From Obrimoposthia wandeli (Eukaryota), in contig CDROCS010005705.1 in assembly GCA_977020255.1 (NCBI GenBank), positions 62,001-126,000 of the forward strand: DNA of 64,000 bases. The letters run 5' to 3'. Below are positions 10,403 through 24,776 of the stretch, piece after piece; within the stretch, counting starts at the first letter, position 1; every line of letters starts with the position of its first letter. The notes under the pieces are model-generated. The model was not told where the DNA came from and ran no database searches. It worked only from the letters and a program-made list of their open reading frames with translations. The position numbers and the translations under genes are program-made.

Positions 10403-10897
10403 GTGGCATTAGGACTAGAAGATAAAAAAGCGATCGTTGCTGAAGTCCAAGAAGCTGCTCAAAGCGCCTTATCTGCTGTTATTGCTGACTCCCGAGGCGT
10501 AAGCGTTGGGAGTATGACTGCACTACGTAAAGAAGCCCGTGAAAACGGTGTTTGGTTACGTGTTGTTCGTAATACATTAGCTAAGCGTGCATTGCAAGGA
10601 ACTGATTACGAATGCCTTTCAGGTGATCTAGTTGGTCCTTCTATCATTGCATTTTCGAACGAGCATCCAGGTGCTGGTGCGCGAATCCTTAAGGATTTTG
10701 CGAAAGGTAATGATAAATTTGAGCTAAAATCTGCAGCCTTTGAAGGCGCGCAGGTGGACATCGCTATGTTGGCAAGCTTGCCTACATACGACGAAGCAAT
10801 TGCGAAACTTATGATGGTAATGAAAGAAGCTTCCGCTGGGAAACTTGTTCGTACTATCGCTGCTATTCGCGATCAAAAAGAAGAGCAAGCTGCTTAA
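10403..10897 (+). CDS. rplJ: 50S ribosomal protein L10
   Basis: [12 protein letters not shown]; GTG start with SD. Confidence 0.98.
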   Translation: MALGLEDKKAIVAEVQEAAQSALSAVIADSRGVSVGSMTALRKEARENGVWLRVVRNTLAKRALQGTDYECLSGDLVGPSIIAFSNEHPGAGARILKDFAKGNDKFELKSAAFEGAQVDIAMLASLPTYDEAIAKLMMVMKEASAGKLVRTIAAIRDQKEEQAA

Positions 10898-10957
10898 CTT
10901 TTTACGCTAAATTAAAGTTTAAACGAGCACTTTGCTCAATTAATAGGAATATAAGTC

Positions 10958-11323
10958 ATGTCTCTGACTAAAGAAGATATCATCAATGCTGTAGCTGAAA
11001 TGTCTGTAATGGATGTTGCTGAATTAGTATCTGCTATGGAAGAAAAATTCGGCGTATCAGCTGCTGCTGTTGCAGCACCAGCTGCTGGCGGCGAAGCTGC
11101 TGCTGAAGAACAAACTGAATTCGACGTAGTGCTAACAGGCGCTGGTGAGAAGAAAGTTAATGCTATTAAAGCAGTTCGCGCAGCGACTGGTTTAGGTCTT
11201 AAAGATGCTAAAGCATTAGTAGACGGCGTACCTTCTACAGTTAAGGAAGGCGCAAGCAAAGAAGAAGCTGAAGCACTTAAAGCTGATCTAGAAGCTGCTG
11301 GTGCAACTGTAGAGCTTAAGTAA
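10958..11323 (+). CDS. rplL: 50S ribosomal protein L7/L12
   Basis: [22 protein letters not shown]. Confidence 0.99.
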   Translation: MSLTKEDIINAVAEMSVMDVAELVSAMEEKFGVSAAAVAAPAAGGEAAAEEQTEFDVVLTGAGEKKVNAIKAVRAATGLGLKDAKALVDGVPSTVKEGASKEEAEALKADLEAAGATVELK

Positions 11324-11371
11324 TTATACTTTTGCTTAAATCAGCAGATTTATCTGACTGATTGTTAAAAT

Positions 11372-11399
11372 GGCTGGTGCCAATGGCACCGGCCTTTTT
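11372..11399 (+). terminator. Intrinsic terminator/attenuator between rplL and rpoB
   Basis: GGCTGGTGCC-AAT-GGCACCGGCC followed by TTTTT. Confidence 0.8.
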
Positions 11400-11526
11400 C
11401 CGTTATTTAGTAAAGATATGTTTTAGCTTTACTGGATACATCTCTTTTCTAAATAACGGTTTGACAATCTAGAGGTCCCCCCTTTAGATTGCGGATCAAC
11501 TTGGTGCACACGCTGGGGAATAATTG

Positions 11527-14500
11527 ATGGCATATACATTCACTGAGAAGAAGCGCATCCGTAAAGATTTCAGCAAATTGCTGCAAGTCATGGATGTACC
11601 TTACCTGTTGGCGATACAGTTAGACTCGTACCGCCGTTTCCTGCAGGAAGGTGTTAACGCGGGCGACAGACAAGAAGAAGGTCTACACGCGGCATTTAAA
11701 TCTGTATTTCCAATTGTTTCATACTCGGGCAACGCTGCTCTAGAGTATGTGGGCTACCGCCTTGGGAAACCGATTTTTGACGTTAAAGAATGCCAACAAC
11801 GTGGTATTACTTACGCTGCGCCTTTACGAGTTAAAGCGCGTTTAGTTATCTACGATCGCGAATCTTCAAACAAAGCGATTAAAGATATCAAAGAACAAGA
11901 AGTCTACATGGGCGAAATGCCTTTGATGACCGATAATGGAACATTTGTAGTTAACGGTACTGAGCGCGTCATAGTATCGCAGTTGCACAGGTCTCCAGGT
12001 GTGTTCTTTGATCACGATAAAGGTAAAACTCACTCCTCTGGTAAGTTACTCTATTCAGCGCGAATAATTCCCTACCGTGGCTCTTGGTTGGACTTGGAAT
12101 TTGATCCTAAAGATAATTTATTTGTTCGTATCGATAGACGCCGTAAATTACCGGTAACTATCTTATTGCGTGCAATTGGTTACTCTACTCAAGATATCGT
12201 TGATACCTTCTTTGATAAAACGAAGTGGGAAATCAGTGATGCTGTGATTCAAATGGAATTGTCTCCAGAGCGCTTGCGCGGTGAGACAATGGCTTTTGAG
12301 ATCAAAGATCCAAAAGGCGAAGTGATTGTAGAAGCGGGTCGTCGTATTACGCCACGTCTTATCAAGAAGATGTCAGAATCTGGCATGAAGTTTCTTGAAG
12401 TGCCACGTGAATACCTAGTTTCAAAAGCACTAGCAACAGATGTGATTGATGAGGCAACTGGTGAATTAGTTGCTGCCTGTAATGATGAAATTACAGAAGA
12501 AGTGTTAACTGCGTTGTTAGCTGCAGGCGTTTCAAAAATTGAAACGTTGTACAGTAATGAATTGGACAATGGTCCATTCATGTCAACAACACTTCGCATA
12601 GATCCGACACGCAGTGCGCTTGAAGCATTGGTAGAAATCTACCGTATGATGCGCCCAGGCGAGCCGCCAACTAAAGAATCAGCTGAAACTTTATTCCATA
12701 ACCTGTTTTTCTCAGACGAGCGTTACGATATGTCTGCAGTAGGTAGAATGAAGTTCAATCGCCGTTTAGGTCGTGAGTCTGAGAAAGGTTCTGCTGTATT
12801 AGATAACAATGATATTTTAGATGTAATTAAGACCTTAATCGATATTCGTAACGGTAAAGGCATTGTTGATGATATTGATCACTTAGGTAACAGACGTATT
12901 CGTTCTGTTGGTGAGATGGCAGAAAACCAATTCCGCGTTGGTCTAGTGCGTGTAGAACGTGCTGTACGTGAGCGTTTAAGTATGGCTGAAGCCGATAACT
13001 TGATGCCACAAGATTTGATCAACGCTAAGCCTGTAGCAGCTGCTGTTAAAGAATTCTTTGGCTCAAGCCAGTTGTCACAGTTCATGGATCAGAACAACCC
13101 GCTTTCAGAAGTGACGCATAAGCGTCGTGTCTCTGCATTAGGCCCAGGTGGTTTGACTCGTGAGCGCGCAGGTTTTGAGGTGCGAGATGTACACGCAACT
13201 CACTATGGACGTGTATGTCCAATCGAGACGCCAGAGGGGCCAAACATCGGTTTGATCAACTCTTTGGCAACCTATGCACGTACTAACCATTATGGCTTTA
13301 TCGAAACACCGTATCGTAAAGTTGTAGATGGTAAAGTAACAGATGATGTTCAATACCTTTCTGCTATCGAAGAAGGTCAGTATGTCATTGCGCAAGCAAC
13401 TGCGCCATTGAATGCGGCTAAGCAGTTTGTAGAAGAAATGGTTACTGTGCGCCACCAAGGTGAAACGACAGTAACACCTGCTGAAAATGTCACCTACATG
13501 GATGTTTCTCCACGTCAGGTTGTATCTATTGCAGCAGCGCTAATTCCTTTCCTTGAGCATGATGATGCAAACAGAGCCTTGATGGGTTCAAACATGCAGC
13601 GTCAAGCAGTACCAACACTACGTGCTGATAAGCCAGTAGTCGGTACCGGTATGGAGCGTTACGTAGCACGTGATTCAGGTGTATGTATTCGTGCAGATCG
13701 TGGCGGTATCGTCGAAACTGTAGATGCTGCGCGTATTGTGATTCGTGCAAATGAAGATGAAATAACCGCAAGTGATGCGGGTGTTGATATCTATAATTTG
13801 ACCAAATACACCCGTTCTAACCAAAATACATGTATTAACCAAAAGCCAATTGTTAGACCAGGGGATGTAGTGTTCCGTGGTGATATTATGGCTGATGGTC
13901 CTTCTATAGATATGGGTGAATTGGCACTTGGCCAAAACATGCGCATTGCCTTCATGCCTTGGAATGGTTACAACTTTGAAGACTCGATCTTAATTTCAGA
14001 GCGTGTATTAGAAGAAGATAGATTTACCACTATCCACATATCTGAGCTGACTTGTGTTGCTCGTGATACAAAACTGGGTACAGAAGAAGTGACTTCTGAT
14101 ATTCCAAACGTTGGTGAATCTGCGTTAGCGAAGCTCGATGAGTCTGGCATTGTTCACATTGGGGCAGAAGTTGGGCCTGGTGATATCTTAGTTGGTAAAG
14201 TTACACCAAAAGGTGAAACCCAACTGACTCCGGAAGAAAAGCTCCTGCGAGCTATCTTTGGTGAGAAAGCTTCAGACGTTAAGGATACTTCTTTACGTGT
14301 GAAGGGCGGAACTAAAGGTAAAGTCATCGATGTGCAGGTGTTTACACGTGATGGCGTAAATAAAGACGAACGTGCACTCGCTATTGAGAAATCAGAGTTA
14401 GATGCGATTCGCAAAGATATTCTACAAGAAACACGCATTGTCGAAAGTGCTACCTACGAACGCTTGCGTTCAGTATTGCTAGGTGCAACGGTTGAAGGTG

Positions 14501-15630
14501 GTGTTGGTCTGTCTAAAGGTGATGTCTTAACAGACGAGCGTTTGGATGGTATCCACAAGGCAGATTGGTTCAAGCTGCGTTGCAGTGACGAAACAGTTAG
14601 TGCTCAACTTGAATTAGCGGAAACACAGCTTGAAGAAAGCCGTGAGATGCTTGATAAAAAGTTTGAGAACAAAAAAACTAAGTTACAAACAGGTGACGAT
14701 TTAGCGCCAGGTGTGCTGAAAATCATCAAGGTCTATGTTGCTACTAAGCGCTGCTTGCAGCCTGGTGACAAGATGGCTGGACGTCATGGTAACAAAGGTG
14801 TTGTTTCAGTTATCATGCCTGTTGAAGACATGCCTTATGATGAAAATGGCGACACAGTTGACATCGTACTAAACCCACTAGGTGTACCGTCACGTATGAA
14901 CGTCGGTCAGATCCTAGAGACGCATATGGGTGCAGCAGCTAAAGGCCTTGGTCGTAAGATCGAAGCAATGCTTGAAGTTGAGCGCGAGAAAGCTGAAACA
15001 GTATTAGAAGTACGTGGTTTCTTGGAAGAAGTATACAACTCAGATTTAGATGGCTGGAAAACGTCAACTAATGAAGATTTAGATTCATTTAACGATGATG
15101 AGCTTCTTGAGCTTGCTAGAAACTTACGCGGCGGTGTTCCATTGGCTACACCTGCATTCGATGGCGCTAAAGAAGTTGAAGTTAAAGCGCTTCTTCGCTT
15201 AGCAGACATGGATGACAGTGGACAAGTAACATTGTTCAACGGCCGTACTGGTGACAAATTTGATCGCCAAGTAACTGTTGGTTACATGTACATGCTGAAG
15301 TTGAACCACTTGGTTGATGACAAGATGCATGCACGTTCAACAGGATCGTACAGCCTTGTTACACAGCAACCGCTAGGTGGTAAAGCACAGTTCGGTGGCC
15401 AGCGTTTCGGAGAGATGGAAGTTTGGGCACTAGAAGCTTATGGCGCCGCTTACACCTTGCAAGAAATGCTTACGGTCAAATCCGATGATGTGAATGGACG
15501 TACTAAGATGTATAAGAACATCGTAGACGGCGATCACAAAATGGAGCCGGGTATGCCAGAATCGTTCAATGTATTGGTTAAAGAGGTTCGCTCTCTTGGT
15601 ATCGATATTGAACTAGAGTCTGATAGATAG
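11527..15630 (+). CDS. rpoB: RNA polymerase beta subunit
   Basis: [36 protein letters not shown]. Confidence 0.99.
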   Translation: MAYTFTEKKRIRKDFSKLLQVMDVPYLLAIQLDSYRRFLQEGVNAGDRQEEGLHAAFKSVFPIVSYSGNAALEYVGYRLGKPIFDVKECQQRGITYAAPLRVKARLVIYDRESSNKAIKDIKEQEVYMGEMPLMTDNGTFVVNGTERVIVSQLHRSPGVFFDHDKGKTHSSGKLLYSARIIPYRGSWLDLEFDPKDNLFVRIDRRRKLPVTILLRAIGYSTQDIVDTFFDKTKWEISDAVIQMELSPERLRGETMAFEIKDPKGEVIVEAGRRITPRLIKKMSESGMKFLEVPREYLVSKALATDVIDEATGELVAACNDEITEEVLTALLAAGVSKIETLYSNELDNGPFMSTTLRIDPTRSALEALVEIYRMMRPGEPPTKESAETLFHNLFFSDERYDMSAVGRMKFNRRLGRESEKGSAVLDNNDILDVIKTLIDIRNGKGIVDDIDHLGNRRIRSVGEMAENQFRVGLVRVERAVRERLSMAEADNLMPQDLINAKPVAAAVKEFFGSSQLSQFMDQNNPLSEVTHKRRVSALGPGGLTRERAGFEVRDVHATHYGRVCPIETPEGPNIGLINSLATYARTNHYGFIETPYRKVVDGKVTDDVQYLSAIEEGQYVIAQATAPLNAAKQFVEEMVTVRHQGETTVTPAENVTYMDVSPRQVVSIAAALIPFLEHDDANRALMGSNMQRQAVPTLRADKPVVGTGMERYVARDSGVCIRADRGGIVETVDAARIVIRANEDEITASDAGVDIYNLTKYTRSNQNTCINQKPIVRPGDVVFRGDIMADGPSIDMGELALGQNMRIAFMPWNGYNFEDSILISERVLEEDRFTTIHISELTCVARDTKLGTEEVTSDIPNVGESALAKLDESGIVHIGAEVGPGDILVGKVTPKGETQLTPEEKLLRAIFGEKASDVKDTSLRVKGGTKGKVIDVQVFTRDGVNKDERALAIEKSELDAIRKDILQETRIVESATYERLRSVLLGATVEGGVGLSKGDVLTDERLDGIHKADWFKLRCSDETVSAQLELAETQLEESREMLDKKFENKKTKLQTGDDLAPGVLKIIKVYVATKRCLQPGDKMAGRHGNKGVVSVIMPVEDMPYDENGDTVDIVLNPLGVPSRMNVGQILETHMGAAAKGLGRKIEAMLEVEREKAETVLEVRGFLEEVYNSDLDGWKTSTNEDLDSFNDDELLELARNLRGGVPLATPAFDGAKEVEVKALLRLADMDDSGQVTLFNGRTGDKFDRQVTVGYMYMLKLNHLVDDKMHARSTGSYSLVTQQPLGGKAQFGGQRFGEMEVWALEAYGAAYTLQEMLTVKSDDVNGRTKMYKNIVDGDHKMEPGMPESFNVLVKEVRSLGIDIELESDR

Positions 15631-15697
15631 TACAGCGCAAACCCGAATCAATAGGCGAGGTAACACTCGCCGCGAACTCCCCGCGGAGCTATAGATA

Positions 15698-18600
15698 ATG
15701 AAAGATTTATTAAATCTATTAAAATCGCAAGGTCAGTCAGACGAATTTGACTCGATCAAGATTACATTAGCATCACCAGAATTGATCCGCTCTTGGTCAT
15801 TTGGTGAAGTTAAGAAGCCTGAGACGATTAACTACAGAACTTTCAAGCCTGAGCGCGAAGGTCTGTTTTGTGCAAAGATCTTCGGCCCGGTAAAAGACTA
15901 CGAATGTTTGTGTGGTAAGTATAAACGCATGAAGCATCGTGGTGTTATCTGTGAGAAATGTGGCGTAGAAGTTACATTGAGTAAGGTGCGACGTGACCGT
16001 ATGGGTCATATCGATCTCGCTTCTCCAGTTGCTCATATTTGGTTCTTAAAATCATTACCGTCACGTATCGGTTTAATGATGGATATCACGTTGCGTGATA
16101 TCGAACGTGTTCTATATTTTGAATCGTTCATTGTTATCGATCCAGGTATGACAACACTAGAGCGTTGCCAGCTATTAAACGATGAGCAATATTACGAAGC
16201 ACTGGAAGAATTCGGTGACGACTTTGATGCCCGTATGGGTGCTGAAGCTGTTCAGATGTTACTGGCAGATTTAGATCTTAAAGAAGAGATTACTAGATTA
16301 CGTGAAGAGATTCCGGCTACTAACTCTGAAACTAAGATCAAGAAACTTTCCAAGCGCTTAAAGCTCATGGAATCTTTCTACAAATCAGGTAACAAGCCTG
16401 AGTGGATGGTCTTCACAGTATTGCCAGTACTACCACCAGATTTACGTCCATTGGTTCCGTTGGACGGAGGTCGTTTTGCGACATCTGATCTTAACGATCT
16501 ATATCGTCGTGTTATCAACCGTAACAACCGCCTTAAGCGTCTATTAGACCTTAATGCTCCAGACATCATCGTGCGTAATGAAAAGCGTATGTTGCAAGAA
16601 TCTGTTGATGCATTAATGGATAACGGTCGTCGTGGTCGCGCAATTACGGGTTCTAACAAACGTCCACTTAAATCTCTTGCCGATATGATCAAAGGTAAGC
16701 AAGGTCGTTTCCGTCAGAACTTACTTGGTAAGCGTGTTGATTACTCTGGACGTTCAGTTATCGTAGTTGGACCATCACTTCGCTTGCAGCAGTGTGGTCT
16801 TCCTAAGAAAATGGCACTTGAGTTGTTCAAGCCTTTCATCTTCTCTAAGCTAGAGCTACGTGGTCACGCGACGACGATTAAAGCAGCTAAGAAAATGGTT
16901 GAGCGTGAAGAAGGTCTTGTTTGGGATATCTTAGATGAAGTTATCCGTGAACACCCGATCCTTTTAAACCGTGCACCAACACTACATAGATTGGGCATTC
17001 AAGCATTTGAGCCTGTTCTAATTGAAGGTAAAGCGATTCAGTTACACCCATTAGTATGTGCGGCATTTAACGCCGACTTCGATGGTGACCAAATGGCTGT
17101 TCACGTACCTTTGACAATTGAAGCGCAGCTAGAAGCTCGTGCCTTGATGATGTCTACAAACAATATCTTGTCGCCTGCAAACGGAGAACCTATCATCGTA
17201 CCTTCTCAGGACGTTGTACTAGGTCTTTACTTCATGACGCGCTCGCGTATTAACGCCAAAGGCGAAGGTACAGTTTTTGCTGATATCGAAGAAGTAGAAC
17301 GTGCTTATGGCTGTGGTGAAGTAGACCTACAAGCGATTGTTAAAGTGCGTTTACACGAATTGATTCGTGATATTGAAGGTAACGAAACAGAAAACACTGC
17401 TATTCGTGAAACAACGGTTGGTCGTGCTATGTTATTTGGTATTGTGCCTAAAGGCCTTCCTTTTGATATCGTAAACACTGCAATGAAGAAGAAAGCAATT
17501 TCTAACTTGTTGAACGAGACATATCGTCGTTGTGGACTAAAAGATACAGTTATGTTTGCGGATAATTTGATGTATTTAGGATTCCGTCAAGGTACAGAAT
17601 CTGGTACATCTATCGGGATTAACGATTTCGTTATTCCCGATGAAAAGAAAACTATCATCGGTGATTCAGAAAGAGAAGTTAAAGATATTGAGAAGCAGTT
17701 TGCCGATGGCCTTGTAACTCAAGGTGAGAAGTACAACAAAGTTATCGATATTTGGTCACGTGCTAACGATACACTCGCCAAGCGTATGATGGATAACTTG
17801 AAAACTGATATGGTCGTTGACGCTAAAGGCAATGAAGTAGAGCAGGAGTCGTTTAACTCTATCTATATGATGGCTGACTCAGGGGCTCGTGGTAGCGCCG
17901 CTCAGATTCGCCAATTAGCCGGCATGCGTGGTTTGATGGCTAAGCCGGATGGATCAATCATCGAAACACCTATTACTGCAAACTTCCGTGAAGGTTTGAA
18001 CGTACAGCAGTACTTCATCTCTACTCACGGTGCACGTAAAGGTTTGGCTGATACGGCGCTTAAAACGGCTAACTCTGGTTACTTAACTAGACGTTTAGTT
18101 GATGTTGCGCAAGATTTAGTGATTACAGAAGATGATTGTGGCACCGTAAATGGCTTGACGATTCAGCCAATGATTGAAGGTGGCGATGTTGTTGTACCTT
18201 TATCAGAGCGTTTACTAGGTCGTGTTGTTGGAGCAGATGTATTAGCCCCTCACACCGGTGATATGTTGATTCCTGCAGGTACAATGATTGATGAAACATG
18301 GGTTAATCGTCTAGAAAATGACGATAATTACTCTTCAATCGATGAAGTGCTAGTTAGATCAGCCATTACTTGTCAAACACGTTTTGGTATTTGTGCTAGC
18401 TGTTATGGACGTGATTTAGGTCGTGGTCATAAGGTAGACCCAGGTGAAGCTGTGGGTGTTATCGCTGCACAGTCAATTGGTGAGCCAGGTACACAGTTGA
18501 CCATGCGTACATTCCACATCGGTGGTGCTGCATCAAGAGCGGCAGCAGATGATAGCGTACAAGTAAAAGCTGGCGGTGTTGTAAGATTACACAACATGAA

Positions 18601-19921
18601 GGCGGTTACTCGTCCAGACGGTAATTTAGTTGCTACTTCACGTTCAAGTGTTCTAGGTGTGACCGATGAGCATGGTCGTGAGCGAGAGCGCTATAGACTA
18701 CCTTACGGTACAGTATTGAAAGTGCATGACGGCGACAAAGTTGAAGCCGGTGATGTTCTAGCTAACTGGGATCCGCATACTCACCCTATCGTTACTGAAA
18801 TGGAAGGTCAGGTGCAGTTCGTTGGTTTAGAAGATGGTATTACGGTTAAGCGTCAAACTGACGATATTACAGGCCTTACTACCATTGAAATCATTGATGC
18901 TAAAGATCGCCCATTAGCGGGTAAGGATATTCGTCCGTTAATCAAGCTTGTTGACGAAACTGGCGCGGATGTATTGCACTCCAACGGCGATTCAGCAGTA
19001 CAATATATGCTGCCTGGTAAAGCGATTGTTAACTTAACAGATGGCGCAAAAGTTAAAATTGGTGATGTGTTAGCGCGTATTCCTCAAGAGGGATCGGTTA
19101 ACAAGGATATCACTGGTGGTCTGCCACGTGTTGCTGATTTATTCGAAGCACGTAAGCCTAAAGAATCTTCTATCCTTGCTGAAATTGACGGTGCTGTTAG
19201 CTTTGGTAAAGAAACCAAAGGTAAGAAGCGTTTAGTTATTACACCAAATGAAGCTGATCCTTTTGAATTGATGATTCAGAAATGGCGTAACTTGAACATC
19301 TTCGAAGGTGAATTTGTTCAAAAAGGCGAGGTTGTTTCAGATGGACCAACCAACCCGCACGATATTTTACGTATCTTAGGTGTTGAGCCGCTAGCTGAAT
19401 TCATCGTCAACGAAATTCAAGAAGTATACCGTTTACAAGGCGTTGTAATTAACGATAAGCATATTGAAGTTATCGTGCGCCAAATGTTACGCAAAGTTGA
19501 AATTGTTTCTGGCGGTGACTCTATGTTCATCCCTGGTGAGCAAGTAGAACACGCACGAGTTGTTGAGCGTAATGCAGAGCTAGAAGCAGAAGGCAAGGTT
19601 GGCGCAAGCTTTAATCGTGTACTGCTAGGTATTACTAAAGCATCACTAGCCACAGATTCATTCATCTCAGCAGCTTCTTTCCAAGAAACGACGCGAGTAT
19701 TGACTGAAGGTGCGGTTACAGGCAAGCAAGATTTCTTGCGCGGCTTGAAAGAAAACGTAGTGGTAGGTCGCTTGATCCCAGCGGGAACAGGTTTGGCTTA
19801 TCATGCTGAACGCAAGCGCAAACGTGCACTTGCAGACGGAACTGACACAGTAAGTGCTGAAGAGGTGCAAGCAGCACTGACTGCAGCGCTTAATGCGTCA
19901 ATGTCAGGTAATGAATCTTAG
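15698..19921 (+). CDS. rpoC: RNA polymerase beta' subunit
   Basis: Zn-finger CLCGKYK...[13 protein letters not shown] catalytic motif. Confidence 0.99.
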   Translation: MKDLLNLLKSQGQSDEFDSIKITLASPELIRSWSFGEVKKPETINYRTFKPEREGLFCAKIFGPVKDYECLCGKYKRMKHRGVICEKCGVEVTLSKVRRDRMGHIDLASPVAHIWFLKSLPSRIGLMMDITLRDIERVLYFESFIVIDPGMTTLERCQLLNDEQYYEALEEFGDDFDARMGAEAVQMLLADLDLKEEITRLREEIPATNSETKIKKLSKRLKLMESFYKSGNKPEWMVFTVLPVLPPDLRPLVPLDGGRFATSDLNDLYRRVINRNNRLKRLLDLNAPDIIVRNEKRMLQESVDALMDNGRRGRAITGSNKRPLKSLADMIKGKQGRFRQNLLGKRVDYSGRSVIVVGPSLRLQQCGLPKKMALELFKPFIFSKLELRGHATTIKAAKKMVEREEGLVWDILDEVIREHPILLNRAPTLHRLGIQAFEPVLIEGKAIQLHPLVCAAFNADFDGDQMAVHVPLTIEAQLEARALMMSTNNILSPANGEPIIVPSQDVVLGLYFMTRSRINAKGEGTVFADIEEVERAYGCGEVDLQAIVKVRLHELIRDIEGNETENTAIRETTVGRAMLFGIVPKGLPFDIVNTAMKKKAISNLLNETYRRCGLKDTVMFADNLMYLGFRQGTESGTSIGINDFVIPDEKKTIIGDSEREVKDIEKQFADGLVTQGEKYNKVIDIWSRANDTLAKRMMDNLKTDMVVDAKGNEVEQESFNSIYMMADSGARGSAAQIRQLAGMRGLMAKPDGSIIETPITANFREGLNVQQYFISTHGARKGLADTALKTANSGYLTRRLVDVAQDLVITEDDCGTVNGLTIQPMIEGGDVVVPLSERLLGRVVGADVLAPHTGDMLIPAGTMIDETWVNRLENDDNYSSIDEVLVRSAITCQTRFGICASCYGRDLGRGHKVDPGEAVGVIAAQSIGEPGTQLTMRTFHIGGAASRAAADDSVQVKAGGVVRLHNMKAVTRPDGNLVATSRSSVLGVTDEHGRERERYRLPYGTVLKVHDGDKVEAGDVLANWDPHTHPIVTEMEGQVQFVGLEDGITVKRQTDDITGLTTIEIIDAKDRPLAGKDIRPLIKLVDETGADVLHSNGDSAVQYMLPGKAIVNLTDGAKVKIGDVLARIPQEGSVNKDITGGLPRVADLFEARKPKESSILAEIDGAVSFGKETKGKKRLVITPNEADPFELMIQKWRNLNIFEGEFVQKGEVVSDGPTNPHDILRILGVEPLAEFIVNEIQEVYRLQGVVINDKHIEVIVRQMLRKVEIVSGGDSMFIPGEQVEHARVVERNAELEAEGKVGASFNRVLLGITKASLATDSFISAASFQETTRVLTEGAVTGKQDFLRGLKENVVVGRLIPAGTGLAYHAERKRKRALADGTDTVSAEEVQAALTAALNASMSGNES

Positions 19922-19958
19922 TCATTGTTATTTATATTGAACAATAACTAGTCATTGT

Positions 19959-19988
19959 TTGACCTTGGGCGGTTTTCTCTAGTAGAAT
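19959..19988 (+). promoter_or_regulatory. str operon promoter
   Basis: TTGACC-18bp-TAGAAT, discriminator ACGCGCCC. Confidence 0.7.
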
Positions 19989-20146
19989 ACGCGCCCAGAT
20001 TAAAGTTGGCGGTCTCTTTAAATGATTAAGAGGTCGGAGCTTTTCAAACTTGAAGATCGCCATTTTTATACATAAGTATAAGGTACCGATCTTTTGGTCT
20101 TTCTATAACGTGAAAAATATTAACGTGAAAAGTGGAGTTTGCTTAA

Positions 20147-20521
20147 ATGGCAACAATTAACCAATTGGTTCGTAAGCCACGTAAACGCAAAGTACAAAAA
20201 AGTGACGTTCCAGCCCTTCAGGCTTGTCCACAACGTCGCGGTGTTTGTACTCGTGTTTACACAACTACCCCGAAGAAGCCTAACTCGGCACTTCGTAAAG
20301 TTTGTCGTGTTCGTTTAACGAACGGTTTTGAAGTGACATCTTACATCGGTGGTGAAGGTCATAACCTTCAAGAGCATAGTGTTGTACTAATTCGTGGTGG
20401 TCGTGTTAAAGATTTACCAGGTGTTCGTTACCACACAGTACGTGGCGCATTAGATTGTGCTGGCGTAAGTGATCGTAGACAGGGCCGTTCTAAGTACGGT
20501 GCAAAACGTCCTAAGTCTTAA
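20147..20521 (+). CDS. rpsL: 30S ribosomal protein S12
   Basis: [20 protein letters not shown]. Confidence 0.99.
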   Translation: MATINQLVRKPRKRKVQKSDVPALQACPQRRGVCTRVYTTTPKKPNSALRKVCRVRLTNGFEVTSYIGGEGHNLQEHSVVLIRGGRVKDLPGVRYHTVRGALDCAGVSDRRQGRSKYGAKRPKS

Positions 20522-20700
20522 GATTAGTTTAAAGAGTGATTTTTAAACAATATTTCTTAAACTGTACTTTGGAATTGTCTTAAACTGTTTTTCGGATAAT
20601 GTCAGCAAGATTTACATTATTCGCACTCGGTAAGAGTAAGGTCAGGTAGAATATCTGCCTGAAGTTCCTGAAGACCTTTAACAATAAATGAGGGCTTATC

Positions 20701-21171
20701 ATGCCTAGAAGACGCGTCGCTGCAAAGCGCATTATATTACCAGATCCTAAATTCGGAAATATGATACTAGCTAAATTCATCAACCACGTAATGGTTAGCG
20801 GCAAGAAATCTGTTGCTGAACGTATCGTATACGGAGCTTTAGCAACAGTTGCTGAACGTTCAAGTAAAGATCCTCTAGAGCTTTTCGAAAAAGCACTAGA
20901 AGGTATCCAGCCTTCGGTAGAGGTTAAATCTCGCCGTGTTGGTGGTGCAACTTATCAGGTTCCTGTTGAAGTTCGCCCATCACGTCGTAACGCTCTAGCA
21001 ATGAGATGGTTAGTTGACTACTCACGTAAGCGTGGCGAAAAGTCAATGGCTCTACGTTTAGCTGGCGAAATCTTAGATGCTGCTGAAGGTCGTGGTGCTG
21101 CTGTTAAGAAACGTGAAGACGTGCATCGCATGGCTGAAGCAAACAAGGCGTTTGCTCACTACCGTTTCTAA
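20701..21171 (+). CDS. rpsG: 30S ribosomal protein S7
   Basis: [25 protein letters not shown]. Confidence 0.99.
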   Translation: MPRRRVAAKRIILPDPKFGNMILAKFINHVMVSGKKSVAERIVYGALATVAERSSKDPLELFEKALEGIQPSVEVKSRRVGGATYQVPVEVRPSRRNALAMRWLVDYSRKRGEKSMALRLAGEILDAAEGRGAAVKKREDVHRMAEANKAFAHYRF

Positions 21172-21247
21172 GCACTGACTTAGCAAATATCTAAAAGCTT
21201 ATACGAAACTTCGCATAAGCTTTACCGTACTGAAAGAGGATTAAGTC

Positions 21248-23341
21248 GTGGCTCGTAATACACCTATTGCACAATATCGAAATATTGGTATTTGTGCACA
21301 CGTGGATGCCGGAAAAACAACCACAACAGAACGTGTTTTGTTTTATACCGGTATGTCACATAAAATTGGTGAGGTTCACGACGGTGCCGCTACCATGGAC
21401 TGGATGGAGCAGGAGCAGGAGCGTGGTATAACCATTACTTCTGCTGCTACCACTTGTTTCTGGAGTGGCATGGATAAGCAGAATCTTCAACATCGCATTA
21501 ATATAATTGATACGCCAGGTCACGTTGACTTCACGATTGAAGTTGAACGTTCTCTGCGAGTATTAGATGGTGCGGTTGTTGTGTTGTGTGCATCCTCTGG
21601 CGTACAGCCTCAAACTGAGACTGTGTGGCGTCAAGCTAATCGCTATGAAGTACCACGCATGGTTTTCGTCAATAAGATGGACCGTGCCGGTGCTGATTTC
21701 TTTATGGTTGCAGATCAGCTAAAACAACGTCTTGCTGCAAAAGTTGTCCCATTGAACATTCCAATCGGTGCAGAGGAAGATTTCTCTGGTATCGTCGATT
21801 TAATTACTATGAAAGCAATTAAATGGAATGAAGAAGATCAAGGGATGAGTTATGAGCTGGAAGAAATTCCAGCTAATATGCAACAGCAAGCAGAAGATCT
21901 TCGCGAAGAATTAGTAGAAACTGCTGCAGAAGCAAATGAAGAATTAATGGATAAATACCTTGAAGAAGGTGAGTTATCGATTGAAGAAATCAAATTAGCT
22001 CTGCGCACGTTAACATTGTCTAACGAAATTGTTTTGATGCAATGTGGTTCCGCCTTTAAAAATAAAGGTGTTCAAGCCATGCTCGATGCTGTTATTGACT
22101 ACATGCCATCCCCAGAGGATGTCAAAGCCATTGAAGGTGTTGTTGAGAATGAAGGTGATACACCTCAAACTCGCCCCGCCAGTGATGATGCGCCATTTGC
22201 AGCACTAGCATTTAAAATTGCAACAGATCCATTTGTAGGAACATTGACTTTTGTCCGTGTTTATTCCGGTACTCTGGAAAGCGGCACAGCAGTGATGAAC
22301 TCTGTGAAGCAAAAACGCGAGCGTGTTGGCCGTATGGTCCAAATGCACGCTAATGATCGTGAAGAAATAAAAGAAGTACGCGCTGGGGACATAGCAGCTC
22401 TTATCGGCTTAAAAGATATCACTACAGGGGATACCTTGTGTGACATGAAAAAGCAGATAGTGTTAGAGCGTATGGAGTTTCCCGAGCCGGTTATTTCTGT
22501 CGCGGTTGAGCCAAAATCACAAGCCGATCAAGATAAGATGGGTATTGCGTTAGGTAAACTTGCGCAAGAAGATCCTTCTTTTCGCGTCGAGACAGACCCT
22601 GAAACAGGACAGACGATTATCTCAGGTATGGGTGAACTTCACCTTGATATCCTAGTGGAGCGTATGCGCCGTGAGTTCAGTGTGTCAGCAAATATTGGTA
22701 AGCCGCAAGTCTCTTACCGTGAAAAGATCAGAAAATCTGTTGTCGCTAACCATAAGTTTATTCGACAATCAGGTGGTCGCGGTCAATACGGTCATGTCGT
22801 GATAGAATTTAGCCCTTCAGCTGATGAAGGTCTTGAATTTATCAACGAAATTACCGGTGGTGCTATTCCTAAGGAATACATCCCTGCTATTGAAAAAGGC
22901 ATTGAAGAGCAAATGCGTAACGGTGTTATAGCAGGTTACCCATTAATGGGCCTGAGAGCGCGCCTTTATGATGGATCTTTTCATGACGTCGATTCTAACG
23001 AAATGGCGTTTAAAATTGCGGCTTCACAAGCTTTAAAAATGTTCGCAGAAGAAGCGGATGCATGTTTGCTTGAACCGATGATGAAAGTTGAAGTGGTGAC
23101 ACCTGAAGATTATATGGGTGATGTCATGGGTGATTTAAATCGTCGTCGTGGTTTAGTGCAAGGCATGGAAGATGTAACTTCAGGTAAAGTCATCAATGCG
23201 ATGGTGCCACTTGGAGAAATGTTCGGTTATGCCACTGATCTTAGATCAGCCAGTCAAGGCCGAGCAACGTATACTATGGAATTCGACGATTACGCCGAAG
23301 CTCCATCGAAAATCGCTGATGCGGTTATGAAATATTATTAA
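21248..23341 (+). CDS. fusA: Elongation factor G
   Basis: [23 protein letters not shown]; position in the str operon. Confidence 0.99.
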   Translation: MARNTPIAQYRNIGICAHVDAGKTTTTERVLFYTGMSHKIGEVHDGAATMDWMEQEQERGITITSAATTCFWSGMDKQNLQHRINIIDTPGHVDFTIEVERSLRVLDGAVVVLCASSGVQPQTETVWRQANRYEVPRMVFVNKMDRAGADFFMVADQLKQRLAAKVVPLNIPIGAEEDFSGIVDLITMKAIKWNEEDQGMSYELEEIPANMQQQAEDLREELVETAAEANEELMDKYLEEGELSIEEIKLALRTLTLSNEIVLMQCGSAFKNKGVQAMLDAVIDYMPSPEDVKAIEGVVENEGDTPQTRPASDDAPFAALAFKIATDPFVGTLTFVRVYSGTLESGTAVMNSVKQKRERVGRMVQMHANDREEIKEVRAGDIAALIGLKDITTGDTLCDMKKQIVLERMEFPEPVISVAVEPKSQADQDKMGIALGKLAQEDPSFRVETDPETGQTIISGMGELHLDILVERMRREFSVSANIGKPQVSYREKIRKSVVANHKFIRQSGGRGQYGHVVIEFSPSADEGLEFINEITGGAIPKEYIPAIEKGIEEQMRNGVIAGYPLMGLRARLYDGSFHDVDSNEMAFKIAASQALKMFAEEADACLLEPMMKVEVVTPEDYMGDVMGDLNRRRGLVQGMEDVTSGKVINAMVPLGEMFGYATDLRSASQGRATYTMEFDDYAEAPSKIADAVMKYY

Positions 23342-23465
23342 TTATCCTCGCGCTTTAACTGTATAAAGTAAAGCGCTGTTCACACTGTGAATTGAGGAAG
23401 TTAACCATGATGATTTAGGCGAATCTAATTCATCTTTATTAAATTTAATTTAGAGGACGACGCTC

Positions 23466-24689
23466 GTGGCTAAGCAAGCATTTGAACGTAATCTGCCTCA
23501 CGTAAACGTTGGTACTATTGGCCACGTTGACCACGGCAAAACAACTTTAACAGCAGCACTTACTCGTGTATGTGCTGAAGTATACGGCGGCGAAGCCGTT
23601 GCTTTTGATGGTATCGATAACGCTCCTGAAGAGCGTGAGCGCGGTATCACAATTTCAACTTCTCACGTTGAATATGAATCAAAAATCCGTCACTACGCAC
23701 ACGTAGATTGCCCAGGTCACGCCGATTATGTTAAAAACATGATCACAGGTGCTGCGCAAATGGACGGTGGTATCTTAGTATGTGGCGCAACTGATGGCCC
23801 TATGCCACAGACGCGTGAGCACATCTTGCTTTCACGTCAAGTTGGTGTTCCATACATCGTTGTTTTCCTAAACAAAGCTGATCTTCTTGCAGAAGATTGC
23901 GGCGGCGTTGGTACTGAAGAGTACGACGAAATGCTAGAGCTTGTTGAAATGGAGCTTCGTGAGTTATTAGATGCTTACGATTTCCCTGGAGATGACACTC
24001 CAATCATCGCTGGTTCTGCTTTAATGGCATTGAACGGCGAAGATGAGAACGAATTAGGTACAACTGCTGTAAGAAAGCTAATCGAAGCTCTAGATACTTA
24101 TATCCCAGAGCCAGAGCGTGCAATCGATGGTAAGTTCCTTATGCCTATCGAAGATGTGTTCTCAATTTCAGGCCGTGGTACTGTTGTAACAGGTCGTGTT
24201 GAGCGTGGAATCGTAAACACAGGATCTGAAGTTGAGATCGTTGGTGTTCGTGACACGGTTAAGACAACTTGTACAGGTGTTGAAATGTTCCGTAAGTTGC
24301 TTGACGAAGGTCGTGCTGGCGAGAACATCGGTGCACTTTTACGTGGTACTAAGCGTGAAGATGTAGAGCGTGGTCAAGTACTAGCGGCTCCAGGATCAAT
24401 TACTCCACACACAGGCTTCGAAGGTGAAGTTTATGTATTGAGTAAAGATGAAGGTGGTCGTCATACTCCTTTCTTTAAAGGATACCGTCCACAGTTCTTC
24501 TTCCGTACAACTGATATCACAGGTGACGTACAGTTACCGGAAGGCGTTGAAATGGTAATGCCTGGTGATAACGTTAAGATGGTAGTAGAGCTAATCAACC
24601 CAATCGCGATGGAAGAAGGTTTACGCTTCGCTATCCGTGAAGGTGGCCGTACTGTTGGTGCTGGTGTTGTATCTAAGATTACTAAGTAA
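23466..24689 (+). CDS. tuf: Elongation factor Tu (str operon copy)
   Basis: Paralog of 6576..7799; GTG start. Confidence 0.99.
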   Translation: MAKQAFERNLPHVNVGTIGHVDHGKTTLTAALTRVCAEVYGGEAVAFDGIDNAPEERERGITISTSHVEYESKIRHYAHVDCPGHADYVKNMITGAAQMDGGILVCGATDGPMPQTREHILLSRQVGVPYIVVFLNKADLLAEDCGGVGTEEYDEMLELVEMELRELLDAYDFPGDDTPIIAGSALMALNGEDENELGTTAVRKLIEALDTYIPEPERAIDGKFLMPIEDVFSISGRGTVVTGRVERGIVNTGSEVEIVGVRDTVKTTCTGVEMFRKLLDEGRAGENIGALLRGTKREDVERGQVLAAPGSITPHTGFEGEVYVLSKDEGGRHTPFFKGYRPQFFFRTTDITGDVQLPEGVEMVMPGDNVKMVVELINPIAMEEGLRFAIREGGRTVGAGVVSKITK

Positions 24690-24702
24690 TTAGTAACTCT
24701 TT

Positions 24703-24731
24703 AAAAAAAGCCCTCTTTTGAGGGCTTTTTT
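24703..24731. terminator. Bidirectional intrinsic terminator closing the str operon and the convergent MocR gene
   Basis: AAAAAAAGCCCTC-TTTT-GAGGGCTTTTTT. Confidence 0.9.
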
Positions 24732-24776
24732 GTGCCTGTAAGATATTTCTGATATAAAGAAAATGACGCCCCTTCG

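Noticed and set aside
13060-13150. Rifampicin-resistance region of rpoB (and rpsL K42/K87)
   Set aside because: Residues match susceptible wild-type patterns
7082-24328. Many 60-120 aa ORFs antisense or out of frame within tuf, rplA, rplL, rpoB, rpoC, fusA (and likewise in the S10/spc genes)
   Set aside because: Shadow ORFs expected from biased codon usage; no SD or domain support
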